Positions 61,753 through 64,000 of a stretch of DNA of 64,000 nt are shown one piece after another. Both the position numbers and the translations under genes were made by a program. Under the pieces are notes generated by a model that did no database searches, was not told the origin of the DNA, and saw only the letters and a program-made list of their open reading frames with translations. Every line of letters starts with the position of its first letter. Position 1 is the first letter of the stretch. Source of the stretch: Eledone cirrhosa (lineage: Eukaryota); assembly GCA_964016885.1 (NCBI GenBank), contig OZ024740.1, forward strand, positions 78,988,001 through 79,052,000, given 5' to 3'.

Positions 61753-62097
61753 CTAAACCTTTCTTAGAATCTCTGAATATTTATACTGATGACTTTAACT
61801 CCCAATGGACTGCTTGGCCAAATACAGAGATTTCTCTAACTTGTTCTGGTAAACTCGGAAGACCAAAGGGTAAATTCCGATGGTCATTCTACCGCCAAAC
61901 CAACGATGTGTTCCAACAGTTTTTTGGTAAGCAGATTGATAGAATTACAGAGGAGGCAGACAGCTGTCAGGTGTCAGGTTCAAGTGTCATCATTTACAAG
62001 ACAAATCTCTGGGACCTTGGCTTGATGTTCCGTTGTGAGATTGTCAGTCCCATAGTAAGCAGAGAAATAAACCTGGCTCAAAGAATAGAAGTGTTAG
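61753..62097 (+). CDS. Coding exon: second Ig-like (C2/I-type) domain of the same gene
   Basis: tttcAG acceptor, G|GTAAG donor, 345 bp, phase 1/1, in frame with 58630-58992; ISLTCSGKLGRPKGKFRW ... DLGLMFRCEI. Confidence 0.9.
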
Positions 62098-63004
62098 GTA
62101 AGTCATGGAAAACCTGGTTCAAATCAACCAAAAGATTTAACATGCTAAACAAAGAATTGAAATGACTTTGTGTCAAGAACATGGCCACCTCCCTAATGCT
62201 GGTGCTATGATAAAGTGTACCCTGTTTACTCTATAAACTGGTATGCATTAGGAAGAGCATCCAGACATTGAAAACCTGCCAAACAAAGGGTTGTGAGGAC
62301 TTCAGTTGTATCAAAGACATTACAACCTCCTACTGTTGGTGCTATGATAAAATTCACTCAGTGGTTGGTATTAGGAAGGGAATCCAACTGTAGAAACCAT
62401 GTCAAAACTGAAACATACATGAGATGAAGCCCCCAGCTCATCCAGGGGTACCGTAGCTCCGATTAAGTACTGACTTGATTTAGGAAAAACCCATACAACT
62501 CATGTCAACATGGAAAAATGGATGTTAAAGGATGATGGTGATGATAAATATGATTTGAAGATTATTTTAAAAAATTAATGTATAAATAGCTACACATCTT
62601 TAGTATTTGATGGATTTAGATCATTCACACCTATCATTCTAAATATCTTCTGAGTCAGCAGAGGGGCTTCTCTACAGTCACTCAACTTACTAGAAACAGC
62701 AGCCAAATAGCACACCCTGCCCTTCCAAAAAATGAAAAATTACACCCAGCTACTTTAAAAGGGTTGTAGATTCACTGGCTGAAAAAAGGACAAGAAATAA
62801 TTATTTGGTTATAGCTAGAATGTCTCTGATAAAAGAAAATTGCATAATTAAGGTTGACTTGAGACTAAACAACGACAACATTTTCTTGCTGTTTTAGAGC
62901 AAACTCCAGACTTTACCATATGATACAGCAACTGGAATTAAAGTAGGATTTTGGTGTAAATTAACAAGGAATATGGCTGAGTGAATCTAAAGACAGGATT
63001 AGAG

Positions 63005-63185
63005 CAGGACTATGACTGTACCATGACAGGACTATGACAGGACTATGATAGTACTATGACAGGACTATGATAGTACTATGACAGGATTAGGGCAGGACTA
63101 TGACAGTACTCTGACAGGACTATGATAGTACTATGGCAGGATTATGGCAGGACTATGACAGGACCATGACAATACTATCATAGCA
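63005..63185. repeat. Minisatellite with ~11-bp unit
   Basis: caggactatga / tagtactatga repeated. Confidence 0.9.
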
Positions 63186-63376
63186 CTAATGACATTAACA
63201 TTTGAAAATTCAGAATAAAATGTTTGAGTTCAAATCCCACTGCAGTCAGCTTTGCCTTTCATGCTTCGAGGGGTGGTCAATGAAAATGTATGAGCCAAGT
63301 ACTGAGGTTGATTTAATTACTCTTACCCTTTCCCAAAACTTACTGGCCATGAACCTAAATTAGAGATCATTATATT

Positions 63377-63563
63377 GCGGTGGATTGGCAGTATCAGTAG
63401 AGGGTCGGACGCCATGCTTTCCAGCATAGTTACGTCCCTTTACGATCTGAGTTCAAATCCCGCCGAGGTTGACTTTGCCTTTCATCCTTACGGGGTCGAT
63501 AAAATAAAGTACCAGTAATGCACTGGGTAATTGCTGGCCTTGTGCCTAAAGTAGAAACAATTA
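63377..63563 (+). mobile_element. SINE family A, full length
   Basis: gcggtggattggcagtatcagtagagg ... gtagaaacaattat. Confidence 0.9.
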
Positions 63564-64000
63564 TATGTTGATAGTGATATAGTAATTATATTCTCTTTAT
63601 TCAGAAGGTAAAATGGGAGTCTGGGTTCCATGTCTTTCCCGATTGTATCAAGGAACCAATAAAATGACACAGCTTAACACAGCTTCATTCTGTTCACTGT
63701 AGAATCACCACTGCAGCCAAATAGATTAGTTATTGAGTTCAAATACAGACAGTATTGTTGTTGTAAATATGTGCCGGCCTCTTATCAAGGGATTTCCAGT
63801 CATGTCCTCTTCAAATTTTATTTAAACATACTGTATTGAGAACTATATTAGACAATCGATCTTTCCATTGTTAACATGATGGGATATGATTTGAAGGAGA
63901 TTTGATTGCTATTTGTAGTATGGGTATAGTTTGAGGGAGATTTGGCTGCTATTTAGCACAGATGTTCTGTTATTGGCCCTTGTCTGACAGTTATCATCAT

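Overview
AT-rich, repeat-dominated eukaryotic (metazoan) genomic DNA; the mix of SINEs, RTE LINEs and (TA)n microsatellites suggests an octopus or other cephalopod, but that is inference. No prokaryotic features. Host genes: two phase-1/phase-1 immunoglobulin-domain exons on + (58630-58992, 61753-62097) and one further plausible exon (14429-14526). The rest is RTE LINE fragments (two subfamilies, both with a C4HC3 PHD-like finger after the RT), CR1/L2 and Penelope-like relics, several SINE families, hAT, Tigger and piggyBac-type MITEs, a probable solo LTR, and tandem arrays (38 x 71 bp, ~8 x 55 bp, ~5 x 52 bp). The most notable unannotated signal is a set of minimal type I hammerhead ribozyme motifs: three with a complete catalytic core (57468-57528, 55026-55083, 6101-6148, all on -) and several decayed ones. 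Several lie inside short fold-back units next to (TA)n tracts, suggesting small ribozyme-carrying Penelope-derived elements. All alignments and folds were done by eye.
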